Shown: positions 9,442 through 19,963, numbered from the stretch's first letter. The stretch: DNA of 64,000 nt from Candidatus Latescibacterota bacterium (GCA_965248435.1 OZ252100.1:1632001-1696000), one strand, 5' to 3'. Numbers and translations are program-made. The notes: generated by a model from the letters alone, not told the origin.

Positions 9442-9511
9442 AGAAAATTATCGACATTTCGACCCTGCGTCTTGAGCCCGGATCTCTCCAAAGCTCCCCG
9501 GCGACGCAGGT

Positions 9512-10288
9512 TTATCCAACCGATCCCACGGATCGTCTGTAGGAAGTCGCCAGACCCAGCAGGACGAGATCCGGCTCGATCCGGTGCGGGTGCTGCAAGA
9601 ATGGCGACAGGAATTCGGCGTCCCCCCCGGTGAGACAAACCTGAGTAGCGGCGTCCACTGCGCTCACCATCTCCTGGATTACTCGATCTACTCCGCCCGC
9701 CGTCGCGTGAACCACTCCCGCCAGGATACACTCTCGGGTGTCCTGGCCGAGGACGGTTTCGGGTTCCACAAGCTCCACCTCTGGAAGGAGGCTCGTCTTC
9801 GCAGAAAGTCCAGAGATTGCGGTACGGAGCCCGGCCGTGATCGCGCCCCCCAGAAAACGTCCGTCTGCGGAAACCATATCTATAGTCACGGCAGAACCGA
9901 AGTCGACGACAATCACCGACCCTTTAGAAAAGCGATAGGCCTCGCCCGCAGCCAGCAGTCTATCTATTCCGACCGCTTCTGGATGCGGGACAGCCACGTC
10001 CATACCCAGATCCATGGACGGGTCTGCGGTCACGAAGGGGGTTGTGCAGACGGCCTGAATACCGGTCCTCAGTCTATCCGTCATCCCACGTACGACGGAA
10101 GAGCAAACAACAGCCTCTAGGTCGTCTGGACAGATGCCTCGGCCTTCGAGCGCCTGTCTCAGATCTTCCGCGTAGGATTCGGCCGAACGGTCGAGCGCCG
10201 TTGGCCAGGACCAGCGGTGCGCGATGCCTTCACCCTCGGAGAGCCCACAGCCGATTCGGGTATTGCCGACATCAAGAAGAAGAAGCAT
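9512..10288 (-). CDS. coaX: Type III pantothenate kinase
   Basis: LLDVGNT, CSSVV, GIDRL, VDFGSAVTID, GGAITAG and TGGDA; start reassigned to ATG 10288, overlapping the birA end. Confidence 0.93.
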   Translation of the reverse strand: MLLLLDVGNTRIGCGLSEGEGIAHRWSWPTALDRSAESYAEDLRQALEGRGICPDDLEAVVCSSVVRGMTDRLRTGIQAVCTTPFVTADPSMDLGMDVAVPHPEAVGIDRLLAAGEAYRFSKGSVIVVDFGSAVTIDMVSADGRFLGGAITAGLRTAISGLSAKTSLLPEVELVEPETVLGQDTRECILAGVVHATAGGVDRVIQEMVSAVDAATQVCLTGGDAEFLSPFLQHPHRIEPDLVLLGLATSYRRSVGSVG

Positions 10289-11321
10289 CGTCACCCCGCT
10301 CATTCGATTCACGGATTTCGTCGACCTCACCAAACTGAACGGACGCCAACCCGCCCTCGTCAACCCTGACACTCAGGGCGCCGCCCGGAGTGAGGTCCTC
10401 GGCGATCCCCTCTACTTGCCCATCTGCCGAGCGCGCGCTGATGCGCCGCCCCAGGATGGCACTCCGCGCCTTCCAGAGGGCTCGGATTCTCTCGGGCGTC
10501 ATCGAGCGAGTGATCGATTCCAATCTCTCAAGAATCCTGCTCAGGAGGACCGTTCGCTCCGGAGGATGCCCAAAGACGATGTTGAGAGATGTGGCGCTCC
10601 CACGGAGGTCCAGAGGAAAGTCAGTGACATCCTGCGCGACGTTGATCCCTATTCCGACCACCGCGAACGAAACGTCTGGTCCATCCAAACGAGTCTCTGT
10701 GAGGATACCGGCCAGCTTCCGACCTTCCAGCAAGACGTCGTTCGGCCACATCAGGTCGGGATGAAGCCCTGTCATCGCTTCCACGGCTTCTGCTACCGCC
10801 ACCCCGGCCCCAAGGGTCAGCATCCACGCCCCATCTGCCGACAAACTGGGCCTGAGCAGAATCGAGAACCAGAGCCCGACCGCGACCGGCGAATACCAAT
10901 CCCTGCCGCACCGACCCCGGCCAGCGGTCTGATGCTCGGCCAGGATCAAACTTCCGTGCGGTGCACCCCCCAACCCGGCCTCCATCGCAAGATCGTTCGT
11001 GGATCCGACCTCCAGGTGGCACGCGAAGTGATGCCCGAGGGCCTCGGTCGACAGGCCCTCGTGAAACCTCCTTCGATTCACGACGTCCACTGCTGCTCGA
11101 AGCTGGACGGATCGGGCGCCATCTATATGTATAGGATACCCCAGCCGTCGAATGGCTTGGATCGCACCCTCCAGGTCCGCTTCGCTCCCTCGAATCGTCT
11201 CCCGCAGGTCCGCCTGGCTGCAGACACCCTGGTTTTCAGCCAGGACCTCGAGCACCTTGTAGGAATGGGATGTGTTCAGCTGAGAGATCGCAGAATTCTC
11301 TACCCGGGCTGAGGGGTTCAC
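10272..11321 (-). CDS. birA: Biotin--[acetyl-CoA-carboxylase] ligase with N-terminal HTH
   Basis: STND, AEHQTAGRGR.GR.W, WPNDV and KLAGIL; GTG at 11321 overlaps the nadC stop (GTGA). Confidence 0.92.
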   Translation of the reverse strand: MNPSARVENSAISQLNTSHSYKVLEVLAENQGVCSQADLRETIRGSEADLEGAIQAIRRLGYPIHIDGARSVQLRAAVDVVNRRRFHEGLSTEALGHHFACHLEVGSTNDLAMEAGLGGAPHGSLILAEHQTAGRGRCGRDWYSPVAVGLWFSILLRPSLSADGAWMLTLGAGVAVAEAVEAMTGLHPDLMWPNDVLLEGRKLAGILTETRLDGPDVSFAVVGIGINVAQDVTDFPLDLRGSATSLNIVFGHPPERTVLLSRILERLESITRSMTPERIRALWKARSAILGRRISARSADGQVEGIAEDLTPGGALSVRVDEGGLASVQFGEVDEIRESNERGDDASSS

Positions 11322-12214
11322 GATGACCTCGACGCCTTTCCACGGCCTCCAAACCGGAGGCTGATATCCAGTGCGTCCACCGAGTGAGTCAACGCGCCGA
11401 TGGAGATCACGTCTACCCCGGTCTCCGCCACGTCTCGAACGTTGTCCAGGGTAACATTCCCGGAGGCTTCGAGCAGCGGTCTGATCGGAGGAAGCTTCTG
11501 GACGGTCTCGACAGCCCGGCACATCTGCTCCAGGTCCATGTTGTCCAGCATGATCCAATCGACGCCCACGGCGATCGCATCCTCCAGTTCCGCCAGGGTT
11601 TCCACCTCTACCTCGATCTTGACCGCGCGGCCCTCTTTTTCCATGGCGTTTCGAACCGCGAAGACGGCAGGGCCGATTCCGTCCGCGGCCTCGATATGGT
11701 TCTCCTTGAGCAGAACCATGTCGTAGAGCCCCATTCGGTGATTCTCACCGCCGCCCACCCTCACGGCGTACTTGTCCAGCATACGGAGACCTGGCACTGT
11801 CTTTCTCGTGTCAAGGATCCGCGCCCCCGTCCCTGCGACCACTCGGACGAAACGCGCCGTAGAGGTCGCGATCCCGGACATCCGTTGAAGAAAATTGAGA
11901 GCGGTCCGCTCTGCCGTCAGGATCCCTCTCGCCGGCCCTGAAACTTCCGCAATGATCTGCTCCGGACCGACAGCATCGCCGTCCTGCAACATCCTCTCGA
12001 AGTGGATTCTGGAATCCAGCTCCTCGAACGTCCCAGCGGCGACATCCAGACCGGCCACGATGCCTTCTGCGCTCGAGATCAGGTGCGCTTTACCGCTTGC
12101 GGTGGCCTGGGTCGTCCAGAGTGTGGACAGGTCCCCCGACCCCACATCCTCCTCGATGGCCCGATGGATCACCTTGCCTACCGTCTTTAAATCCAGAGAT
12201 GGAATCCTGCCCAT
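11318..12214 (-). CDS. nadC: Nicotinate-nucleotide pyrophosphorylase (quinolinate phosphoribosyltransferase)
   Basis: ERTALNFLQRMSGIAT, DTRKTVPGLR, NHRMGLYD, IMLDN, EASG and SIGALTHS. Confidence 0.95.
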   Translation of the reverse strand: MGRIPSLDLKTVGKVIHRAIEEDVGSGDLSTLWTTQATASGKAHLISSAEGIVAGLDVAAGTFEELDSRIHFERMLQDGDAVGPEQIIAEVSGPARGILTAERTALNFLQRMSGIATSTARFVRVVAGTGARILDTRKTVPGLRMLDKYAVRVGGGENHRMGLYDMVLLKENHIEAADGIGPAVFAVRNAMEKEGRAVKIEVEVETLAELEDAIAVGVDWIMLDNMDLEQMCRAVETVQKLPPIRPLLEASGNVTLDNVRDVAETGVDVISIGALTHSVDALDISLRFGGRGKASRSS

Positions 12215-12245
12215 TCGGCTCCACTCCACGAGGCTCGGCCTACAA

Positions 12246-14258
12246 TCAGGTCCCACCCGTCGTTTCCGTGCCCTCACGCATTTCTGCCTTGACCCGTGCG
12301 ATCTCATCACGAACCTCGGCTGCTTTTTCGAATTCAAGATTTGCCGCAGCCTCTGCCATCTTCTTCTCCAGATCGGCGAGGAGATCCACCAGGTTCGTCC
12401 CCACATCATACACTGATGCCTCTTCAGCCACCTCCAAGACGTCCTTCTTGACGTCTGCAACGGCCGTGGACTGAAGAATCTCCTCCCTGGACTTGTAGAT
12501 CGTCGTCGGGGTAATCCCGTGTTCCTCGTTATGTGCCTCCTGCAGTGCGCGCCGCCGAGCGGTCTCTTCGATCGCCCGGCGCATCGAGTTCGTCACCTTA
12601 TCCGCATACAGAATCACTTCGCCCGCCTGGTTTCGTGCGGCGCGGCCCGATGTCTGAATCAAAGAGCGCTCAGACCGAAGAAACCCCTCCTTGTCGGCGT
12701 CAAGGACCGCCACAAGGGAGACCTCGGGCAGGTCGAGGCCCTCACGAAGGAGGTTGACGCCAACAAGCACGTCGAACTCGCCGAGCCTCAAGCCTCGGAT
12801 GATCTCCACGCGATCCAGCGAGTCGATCTCCGAATGCATATAGCGCGCACGCAAGCCGAGGTCACGCATGTAGCTGGTCAGGTCCTCGGCCATCCGTTTC
12901 GTGAGCGTGGTAACCAGAACACGCTCCCCCTTTTCGATCCGCGTGCGCGACTCGTTAATGAGATCGTCCACCTGGCCGCGAACAGGGCGCACGACCATCT
13001 GTGGATCCAGAAGCCCGGTCGGACGAATAATCTGCTCCACCACAACACCCTTGCACTGCTCCAGCTCATAGTCGGCCGGGGTTGCAGACATGAAGATGAC
13101 TTGATCGATCTTCTTTTCAAACTCCTCGAAATCCAGCGGCCGATTGTCGAGCGCGGCGGGCAAACGAAAGCCGTGCTCGACGAGTGTCGTCTTGCGAGAC
13201 CGGTCTCCGCTCCACATGGCGCGAACCTGAGGAATCGTCACGTGAGACTCATCGATGACCGTCAAGAAATCATCGGGGAAGTAGTCGATCAGCACATAGG
13301 GCGCTTCGCCCGGCGCGCGACCGTCGATGTATCGAGAATAGTTTTCTATCCCCTGGCAGACGCCGATTTCTCGCATCATCTCGATATCGTATCGCGTCCG
13401 AGTCTCAAGCCGCTGAGCCTCCAGGAGTTTTCCCTGATTTCGAAACTTCTCGAGCTGCTTCGCCAGGTCGATTTCGATCTGCTCGATCGACCGCTCGATC
13501 CGGTCAGCTGTGGTCACATAGTGTTTGGCTGGATAGATCGAGACCCGATCCGGTTCATCCACAACCTCACCTGTCACCGTGTCGACCATCGAAAGCGTTT
13601 CGACCTCATCCCCCCAGAACTCTATTCGGACGGCAACCTCCTTGTCAGGCGGGAAGACTTCCACAACATCCCCCCTTACCCTGAACGTGCCGGGACCAAA
13701 CTCGATATCGTTACGCGAATAGTAGATGTTGACCAGCCCCCTGAGCAGCACGTCCCGGTCGATTCGCTGACCACGCTCCAGGTCGGCGTGCAGCGCCTTA
13801 TACTCTTCAGGACTCCCGATTCCGTAGATGCAGGAGACGCTCGCGACGATAACGACATCCTGCCGCTCCATCAGGGCGCTCGTCGCACGAAGCCTGAGCC
13901 GGCTGATCTGCTCGTTGATATCGACTTCTTTCTCGATATAGGTATCCGTAACCGGCTTGTATGCCTCCGGTTGATAATAATCATAGTAGGAGATGAAGTA
14001 CTCTACCGCGTTGTTCGGGAAGAAACTTTTTAACTCGCCATAGAGCTGGGCCGCAAGTGTCTTGTTGTGAGAAATCACCAGGGTCGGCCTCTGGATGGTT
14101 TCGATCACCTTGGACATCGTGAATGTCTTACCCGTACCCGTAGCCCCCAGGAGCGTCTGATGCCGAAAACCCTGTCTAATGCCCTCAGACAGTTCGGCAA
14201 TCGCGTGGGGCTGATCCCCTGCCGGTTCAAAAGGTGAAATCACTTCAAATTGCGGCAC
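12246..14258 (-). CDS. uvrB: Excinuclease ABC subunit B
   Basis: [43 protein letters not shown] and C-terminal UVR domain. Confidence 0.98.
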   Translation of the reverse strand: MPQFEVISPFEPAGDQPHAIAELSEGIRQGFRHQTLLGATGTGKTFTMSKVIETIQRPTLVISHNKTLAAQLYGELKSFFPNNAVEYFISYYDYYQPEAYKPVTDTYIEKEVDINEQISRLRLRATSALMERQDVVIVASVSCIYGIGSPEEYKALHADLERGQRIDRDVLLRGLVNIYYSRNDIEFGPGTFRVRGDVVEVFPPDKEVAVRIEFWGDEVETLSMVDTVTGEVVDEPDRVSIYPAKHYVTTADRIERSIEQIEIDLAKQLEKFRNQGKLLEAQRLETRTRYDIEMMREIGVCQGIENYSRYIDGRAPGEAPYVLIDYFPDDFLTVIDESHVTIPQVRAMWSGDRSRKTTLVEHGFRLPAALDNRPLDFEEFEKKIDQVIFMSATPADYELEQCKGVVVEQIIRPTGLLDPQMVVRPVRGQVDDLINESRTRIEKGERVLVTTLTKRMAEDLTSYMRDLGLRARYMHSEIDSLDRVEIIRGLRLGEFDVLVGVNLLREGLDLPEVSLVAVLDADKEGFLRSERSLIQTSGRAARNQAGEVILYADKVTNSMRRAIEETARRRALQEAHNEEHGITPTTIYKSREEILQSTAVADVKKDVLEVAEEASVYDVGTNLVDLLADLEKKMAEAAANLEFEKAAEVRDEIARVKAEMREGTETTGGT

Positions 14259-14494
14259 GTGACGCCCTCGTTCGAAGGCCCATCGGCGGATAAGCGCTGG
14301 GATCCGGACGGGCTAAGTTAAGTCGATAACCTAGTTTAATTTAGAGAGAGCAGGACTCAGAATCAAGGTGCATCCTCCGGAGATCGAGGGTCGGATCAGA
14401 ACCGGTCCGATGTCCCCACCTGAGGTTCAACCCTCATGGACTCGATAGATTTATTGAGGTCCTATCTTGCATCGGGTATCCGTTTCAATAGATA

Positions 14495-14564
14495 TAACCC
14501 ATTGTTAAAACAATAGATACGGGATTTCATTCCAAATGCGCGCTCGCCCGGCACGCGGCTTGCA
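14495..14564 (+). promoter_or_regulatory. sigma54 (-24/-12) promoter with upstream IHF-like site
   Basis: CGGCACGCGGCTTGCA (GG-N10-GC) at 14549-14564; TAACAATGGGTTA (1 mismatch to WATCAANNNNTTR) on the minus strand at 14495-14507. Confidence 0.65.
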
Positions 14565-14697
14565 AATGCTCTACATATCCTGCACACTAAGTGCGGGAAA
14601 AGGCGGGAGTGCGGTCTACCCGGCTGACCGGCTCCCGCCCCCTTTAAACCGAAAGCGGAATGATATCCCTGAGCAGGACACTTTGGGGGGACTTGAT

Positions 14698-15612
14698 TTG
14701 AAACGGTTCGTGATTCTGCCATTACTTTGGGCGGGCTTCCTGTCGCCCGGGGAGCTGGCTGCAGGGTCGTGGACGCTGCCAAAGGGCGACTTTTGGAGTA
14801 AGGTCACCTATCTGAAGCAGTCCACGAATCAAGAGTACGTCAGCTCGGGCGGGCAGGGCCGACCACCTGACCCGGCCGTCCAGTACTTTCCCGGAGACCG
14901 TGCCCGCTATCGCTTCGACGGACAGTACAGCTCCTGGGCGGTCTTTCTAGATCTCTTTTATGGAATTACAGATCGATTCGACGTGGGGATTCAGGTCCCC
15001 TTCTTTCGACAGGAATTCGTCGACGACGCCCTCCTGACCGGGTTCGGGGAGCCCAGAAGGGCAACCGGTTTCAGCGATGTGAGGGGGATTTTGAAGTTTC
15101 GTGCGATTAGAGAGCCTTTTATAGGCACCCTTAAACTAGGTGTGAAGGCACCCACCGGCCAGTTCCTGAATGAGGATGGCATCATCCCTGTCGGGGAGGG
15201 ACAGTGGGACTTCGATTTCATCCTCCAGGCCGGGCGGTCGTTCTGGCCCATTCCAGCTTACGCCAACGCCGAAATCGGCTATCGACTCCGACTGAAGAAT
15301 GACGAAATCGACCGGGACCCTGGAGATGAGTGGATCTTCCTCGGAGAAGTCGGTGCCAACCCGGCGAAAAGGATTCTGGTCGCCCTCAAGCTGGAGGGAA
15401 TACGCGGGAAAAGGGCCACCGTCATTGGACTGAGCAACCCCTCTACGATCAAACGTGTCACCTACCTGTCACCAACCGTGGCGCTGGGACCCTTTGGAAA
15501 CACGAGCGTAGAGTTTGCTCTGCGGATCTCTCTGAATGGTCACAACTTCCCCGCCGGCCAAATGCTCATCGCAGGTGTCTCTTATTCAGGCAATCCCTTC
15601 CGAAGACGCTGA
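14698..15612 (+). CDS. Secreted/outer-membrane beta-barrel-like protein (transporter family)
   Basis: Signal peptide from TTG 14698 (KRFVILPLLWAG...LAA); alternating hydrophobic strands; GFSD.R..K and KAPTG motifs. Confidence 0.6.
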   Translation: MKRFVILPLLWAGFLSPGELAAGSWTLPKGDFWSKVTYLKQSTNQEYVSSGGQGRPPDPAVQYFPGDRARYRFDGQYSSWAVFLDLFYGITDRFDVGIQVPFFRQEFVDDALLTGFGEPRRATGFSDVRGILKFRAIREPFIGTLKLGVKAPTGQFLNEDGIIPVGEGQWDFDFILQAGRSFWPIPAYANAEIGYRLRLKNDEIDRDPGDEWIFLGEVGANPAKRILVALKLEGIRGKRATVIGLSNPSTIKRVTYLSPTVALGPFGNTSVEFALRISLNGHNFPAGQMLIAGVSYSGNPFRRR

Positions 15613-15618
15613 TTCCCT

Positions 15619-17058
15619 TCAGGCCTGTAGCTCTGCTTCGACGTGCTGAAATTCGCGGTCTGCCTTCAGAACCGGATCCACTTCCTCGGCCACAAACGCC
15701 GTCACCTGCTCGGGTGCGCGGCCGATGAACGCCTTCAAATCCAGAACCGAATCCAGCTCTCCGCGATTCATCCCAAACGCGTCGTCTCCCGCAATCCGGT
15801 CCAGCAGGTCATTCGCCTCCCCTTCCTCTTTGACCAGACGCCCGGCCTCCATGGCGTGAATTCGCAGACGCTCGTGAAGCGCCTGGCGGTCACCCCCTCG
15901 CTTCACTGCCTCCATCAGGATGTTCTCGGTCGCCAGGAAGGGAAGCTCCTGATCGATATGGCGCCGAATCATCTTTGGATAGACGACAAGACCGCGCACG
16001 ATATTGATGTAGAGGATCAGGATCCCGTCAATGGCAAGGAACATCTGGGGGAGGGACAGTCGTTTGTTGGCCGAATCGTCCAGCGAGCGCTCGAACCATT
16101 GCGTCGCGGCGGTGAAAGCCGGGCTCTGTGCGCTCGTTATCACATAGCGTGAGAGCGCGCAAATCCGTTCGGAGCGCATCGGATTCCGCTTGTAGGCCAT
16201 CGCAGAAGAACCGACCTGATCCTTTTCGAACGGTTCCTCGATCTCCTTCAGAAATTGGAGCAGCCGAAGATCGCTCCCGAACTTGTGCGCAGATTGGCCG
16301 ATTCGGGAGAGCAGGTCCCCGACCTGAGAATCCACTTTGCGTGGATAGGTCTGGCCCGTCACTGGATAGGTCGTTTCAAAACCCATCTTTTCGGCCACCC
16401 GCCGATCCAGGGACACCACTTTTTCCGAATCCCCGTCAAAAAGCTCCAGGAAACTGGCCTGAGTGCCGGTGGTCCCTTTGGCACCACGGAAACGAAGGGC
16501 CGACAGATGATGGCAGAGGTCGTGATAGTCCAGGATCGCGTCCTGAAGCCAAAGGGTCGCTCGCTTGCCCACGGTGGTCAACTGCCCCGGCTGAAAATGA
16601 GTGAACCCGAGCGTCGGCAGATCCCGATACTCCAGCGCAAACGATTTGAGATCCTCGATCAGATTTAGCAGCTTCGTCCTGACGTTTTGAAGGGCCGCTC
16701 TGATCTGGATCAGCTCCGTATTGTCCCTAACATATTCACTCGTGGCGCCCAGGTGAATGATCGGCTTGGCCTCTGGACACTGGATCCCATACGCGTAGAT
16801 CTGGGACATCACATCGTGTCTGATTTGTCGCTCGCGCGCCCGGGCCACATCCAGGTTCAGTTCATCCACGAAACGGCGGAGCTCGTCCAGCTGTGAGTCG
16901 GTGATGGGCAGTCCCAGCTCCTGCTCGGCCTCGGCCAGCGCGACCCATAGTCTGCGCCAGGTCGTAAACTTTTTCACGGTGGAAAAGGTTTCCGCCATCT
17001 CCTTACCGGCGTATCGCTCCACGAGTGGGTTCTCGTACTTCTCTTCAGGCCCTGACAT
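15619..17058 (-). CDS. purB: Adenylosuccinate lyase
   Basis: RHDVM, IHLGATS, GFTHFQPGQ and GSSAMAYKRNP signature. Confidence 0.96.
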   Translation of the reverse strand: MSGPEEKYENPLVERYAGKEMAETFSTVKKFTTWRRLWVALAEAEQELGLPITDSQLDELRRFVDELNLDVARARERQIRHDVMSQIYAYGIQCPEAKPIIHLGATSEYVRDNTELIQIRAALQNVRTKLLNLIEDLKSFALEYRDLPTLGFTHFQPGQLTTVGKRATLWLQDAILDYHDLCHHLSALRFRGAKGTTGTQASFLELFDGDSEKVVSLDRRVAEKMGFETTYPVTGQTYPRKVDSQVGDLLSRIGQSAHKFGSDLRLLQFLKEIEEPFEKDQVGSSAMAYKRNPMRSERICALSRYVITSAQSPAFTAATQWFERSLDDSANKRLSLPQMFLAIDGILILYINIVRGLVVYPKMIRRHIDQELPFLATENILMEAVKRGGDRQALHERLRIHAMEAGRLVKEEGEANDLLDRIAGDDAFGMNRGELDSVLDLKAFIGRAPEQVTAFVAEEVDPVLKADREFQHVEAELQA

Positions 17059-17073
17059 ACTCTGATCCTCGGT

Positions 17074-17535
17074 CTAAGCGGGGGCGGGTGAGCTACCATG
17101 AATCGGATCATCCGGATCGATCGGAGGGATGCTGGGTCCGTCTGGATGGGCCTCCGAAAGCGGCGAACCTTCCCCAGTCCCTTCTTCAGCCTGTCGCTGC
17201 CGTTCGGCCTCCTTGCGTGCCCGATCGATCTGCTTCTGAATCACGAGGGCCTGCCGAAGCACTCTCACAATATCCTTGCATCTGTAGGTCTGAAAGACCG
17301 AAAAGAAGATCGCGACCAGGGGGATCGTGATGACCCACAAGTTGACAACGGTAAAGAGACCAAAAACGATAAAAATGGCCATCAGGCACAGGGAAGAGAT
17401 CACGCTGTAGCCCCACCTCTTCTGTTGTCGCTGATAATCTTGATAGAGCTCTCTTAAAGCCTCCGTCGGGTCGTCAGATCGAGCGGGTTGGGTGCGCCTT
17501 CGCCACGGGGGCCGCAATCGTTTCAGCCATCGCAT
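17074..17535 (-). CDS. Hypothetical membrane protein (2 TM segments plus coiled-coil tail)
   Basis: ORF fills the gap between co-oriented genes; hydrophobic hairpin. Confidence 0.6.
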   Translation of the reverse strand: MRWLKRLRPPWRRRTQPARSDDPTEALRELYQDYQRQQKRWGYSVISSLCLMAIFIVFGLFTVVNLWVITIPLVAIFFSVFQTYRCKDIVRVLRQALVIQKQIDRARKEAERQRQAEEGTGEGSPLSEAHPDGPSIPPIDPDDPIHGSSPAPA

Positions 17536-17547
17536 AGAAGACTGTCC

Positions 17548-18207
17548 TTACCCGGATGGCGGAACGCCGACCACTAGGCTGAAAATCAGCCAGGTCAGGC
17601 AAACGGAAAGCGCCCCGCCTGCGGATACTTGTGAAAAGGTATGGGAACCCAGTTCAACTCGGGCCCAGGAGACGACGATCGGCACAGGAATCAGGAACAG
17701 GGCCTGAGGCCCCACAAGAAAACAGAGCGCCGCCAGGGGGCCCCACGCCCCGACGGCGTGCAGGCTGATCTTCCAACGGAACGAAATGCCAGCAAGCAGC
17801 AAGCCGTTTGCTGCGTAACAGAACATCAAAGCCAGGAGCGCCGGTGGCGCTGAGGCCCACGTGAGGGCGGCCGTCCCGAGCAGAAAACTAAGGCTCCCGA
17901 ACAGGAGCGGACCTCTCCGATCCCGTGTCACCGGGATGAACAGATCCTCGATCTGACCCCGGATCTTCAGCATCCAGACATAGCCCGTGGGCAGCACAAC
18001 CCCGAAGAAAAGGCAAATCGCAACCAGGAGGCCATAACGCTCAGCGCGGCCCTCAAGCCCGACGGTAACCGCGACGAACACCACCGCGGCAACAACGGGC
18101 GGATTGATCAGAAAAGAGATCCCTCTCGCCAGCAGGTGGCGCGTGCTGGGTCGGCCCAAAGTTCCTGCGCGGCTCAAGCCGCTGGCGAAAGTGCTCGAAC
18201 GGCCCAC
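17548..18207 (-). CDS. PAP2-like polytopic membrane protein
   Basis: WKISLH and WARV.LGSHT..QV..G motifs; about 6 TM segments; start uncertain. Confidence 0.7.
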   Translation of the reverse strand: MGRSSTFASGLSRAGTLGRPSTRHLLARGISFLINPPVVAAVVFVAVTVGLEGRAERYGLLVAICLFFGVVLPTGYVWMLKIRGQIEDLFIPVTRDRRGPLLFGSLSFLLGTAALTWASAPPALLALMFCYAANGLLLAGISFRWKISLHAVGAWGPLAALCFLVGPQALFLIPVPIVVSWARVELGSHTFSQVSAGGALSVCLTWLIFSLVVGVPPSG

Positions 18208-18315
18208 CCCAGTCCCCTACATATATAATGAAACACGGGCAACGCGTTAAGGGCCCCCCAGCGAGGCTGGATTACAGGCGAATGCAGCATCCCGGGCATA
18301 TGCCACAAAAAGAAC

Positions 18316-18342
18316 TAAAGCAGATCCTATATCCGCCGATAT
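18316..18342 (+). promoter_or_regulatory. sigma28 (FliA/SigD) promoter of flagellin
   Basis: TAAA-N15-GCCGATAT, matching the consensus. Confidence 0.85.
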
Positions 18343-18551
18343 TCATACAGAACAATACAACTCAGTATCAAGAAGTTCTATACCCTTTCAAGTCGGCCAA
18401 AGGTCCTACCTTTGGTCCCAAGGCGCCGCCCGGACGGTCTTTCCGGGCCCGTCTCAGGACGGAGACGGAAAGCTCCTGAATCAGTCCGTGTTCTGAAAGG
18501 GAACACAGCTAAGGACGGATAAAGGGAGTCTCGAAACAAGGAGGTTTTCAA

Positions 18552-19742
18552 ATGGCACTTCGGGTAAACAACAACATCATCGCAATCAACACCCGGCGAC
18601 AGCTCTTGATCAACAACAGAGAGCTGGCGACGAGGATCGAACGCCTCTCCTCCGGGTTGCGAATCAACCGGGCAGCCGATGATGCAGCAGGCCTTTCAGT
18701 TTCAGAAGGGATGCGCGCGCAAATCGGCGGATTCCGACAGGCCACCCGGAACGCTGAACAGGGCACCAACCTGATTCAAACAGCTGAGGGCGCCCTCAAC
18801 GAGGTCAGCGACATCCTCATCAGGATGAGAGAACTGGCGGTGCAGTCTGCCTCATCTACGCTGAATGACGGCAACAGGACGGCACTCAACGCCGAAGCCG
18901 TACAGCTCACGACCGAGATCGACCGAATCGCGAACGCGACGAGCTACAACAACATCACGCTCTTGAACGGATTCGGGAATACGGTAAACAAGACCGTTTC
19001 CACGGCCCTTGCGTCGAACACGACGGGCGTGGTCGACACCTCAATCACGGGTGCGGCCGCGGGAACCTACACGTTCATCGATACCGACAATACGGACAAC
19101 CAGATCACCCTCGGAAACGGTATCGCCTCACAGACCATAGACATCGGTCCGGCGCTGGACACCGACGGAGCCGCAGGCGCGGTCGTGGCCTCTGGAAGCG
19201 CCATCGTGGCCAACTTCGACCGCCTCGGAATCCAGCTGACCCTGACTGGCCAGCGTGCGGCATCACTCGCCACTCCGGCCAGCGACGGATATCGGGATGG
19301 AGAACTGGATGGACTGATCCTCCAGGTCGATTCGGGTACGGGTGGGTCCTTCCAGATCGGCCCGGACAACACGGCCGTCCATCGTTTTGAGGTCAACATC
19401 GGGGACATGCGAGCCACTGGGGCACAGCTGAACCTTTCCGGGGTCTCACTCAGCACCCTGGAGAGCGCCCGATCCGTCATCTCAACCATAGACCTTGCAA
19501 TAGACACTGTGGCTGGACAGCGCGGAGATCTGGGGGCCATCCAGAACCGACTGGGCTTTACCATCCGGTCACTCGAAAATGCCATCGAGAACCTCCAGGC
19601 ATCCGAGTCCTCGATCCGAGACGCGGATATCGCCGAGGAAGTCTCCAAATTTACGAGAGCGCAGATTCTGGTCCAGTCGAGCACGGCCCTCCTCGCCCAG
19701 GCGAACGCCGTGCCGCAAAACGCGCTCACACTTCTCCAATAG
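18552..19742 (+). CDS. fliC: Flagellin
   Basis: MALRVNNN...ERLSSGLRINRAADDAAGL, QTAEGAL, RGDLGAIQNRL, SSIRDADIAEE and LAQAN..PQ..L.LL; strong AGGAGG RBS. Confidence 0.97.
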   Translation: MALRVNNNIIAINTRRQLLINNRELATRIERLSSGLRINRAADDAAGLSVSEGMRAQIGGFRQATRNAEQGTNLIQTAEGALNEVSDILIRMRELAVQSASSTLNDGNRTALNAEAVQLTTEIDRIANATSYNNITLLNGFGNTVNKTVSTALASNTTGVVDTSITGAAAGTYTFIDTDNTDNQITLGNGIASQTIDIGPALDTDGAAGAVVASGSAIVANFDRLGIQLTLTGQRAASLATPASDGYRDGELDGLILQVDSGTGGSFQIGPDNTAVHRFEVNIGDMRATGAQLNLSGVSLSTLESARSVISTIDLAIDTVAGQRGDLGAIQNRLGFTIRSLENAIENLQASESSIRDADIAEEVSKFTRAQILVQSSTALLAQANAVPQNALTLLQ

Positions 19743-19858
19743 ACATCGCCTGAGCCAGGTTCCAGGCTCACCTGGGAAAGAAGCAAGGCGCAGCGGCCCC
19801 CCGCCACCGCTACCGCCTTAGGACCCGGCGGGATCGAGCAGTCTGTTGTTACCCGAAT

Positions 19859-19895
19859 GGGCCGCAGGTACCGTCACCTGCGGCCCCGTTTTTTT
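19859..19895 (+). terminator. Intrinsic terminator of flagellin
   Basis: GGGCCGCAGGT-accgtc-ACCTGCGGCCC followed by T7. Confidence 0.85.
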
Positions 19896-19963
19896 GTAAC
19901 TCACGAAAAAATATGAAGCCTGGTGAACGACGTGTCAACCCTTTGCTCTCCATTCCTTCCGGC

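Noticed and set aside
12519-14033. 504-aa plus-strand ORF (and similar ORFs at 10224-11312, 5216-6136, 19067-19807, 29387-30220)
   Set aside because: Antisense to well-supported genes; long shadow ORFs are expected at high GC3.
14259-14460. LexA box upstream of uvrB
   Set aside because: No GAAC-N4-GTTC match seen.
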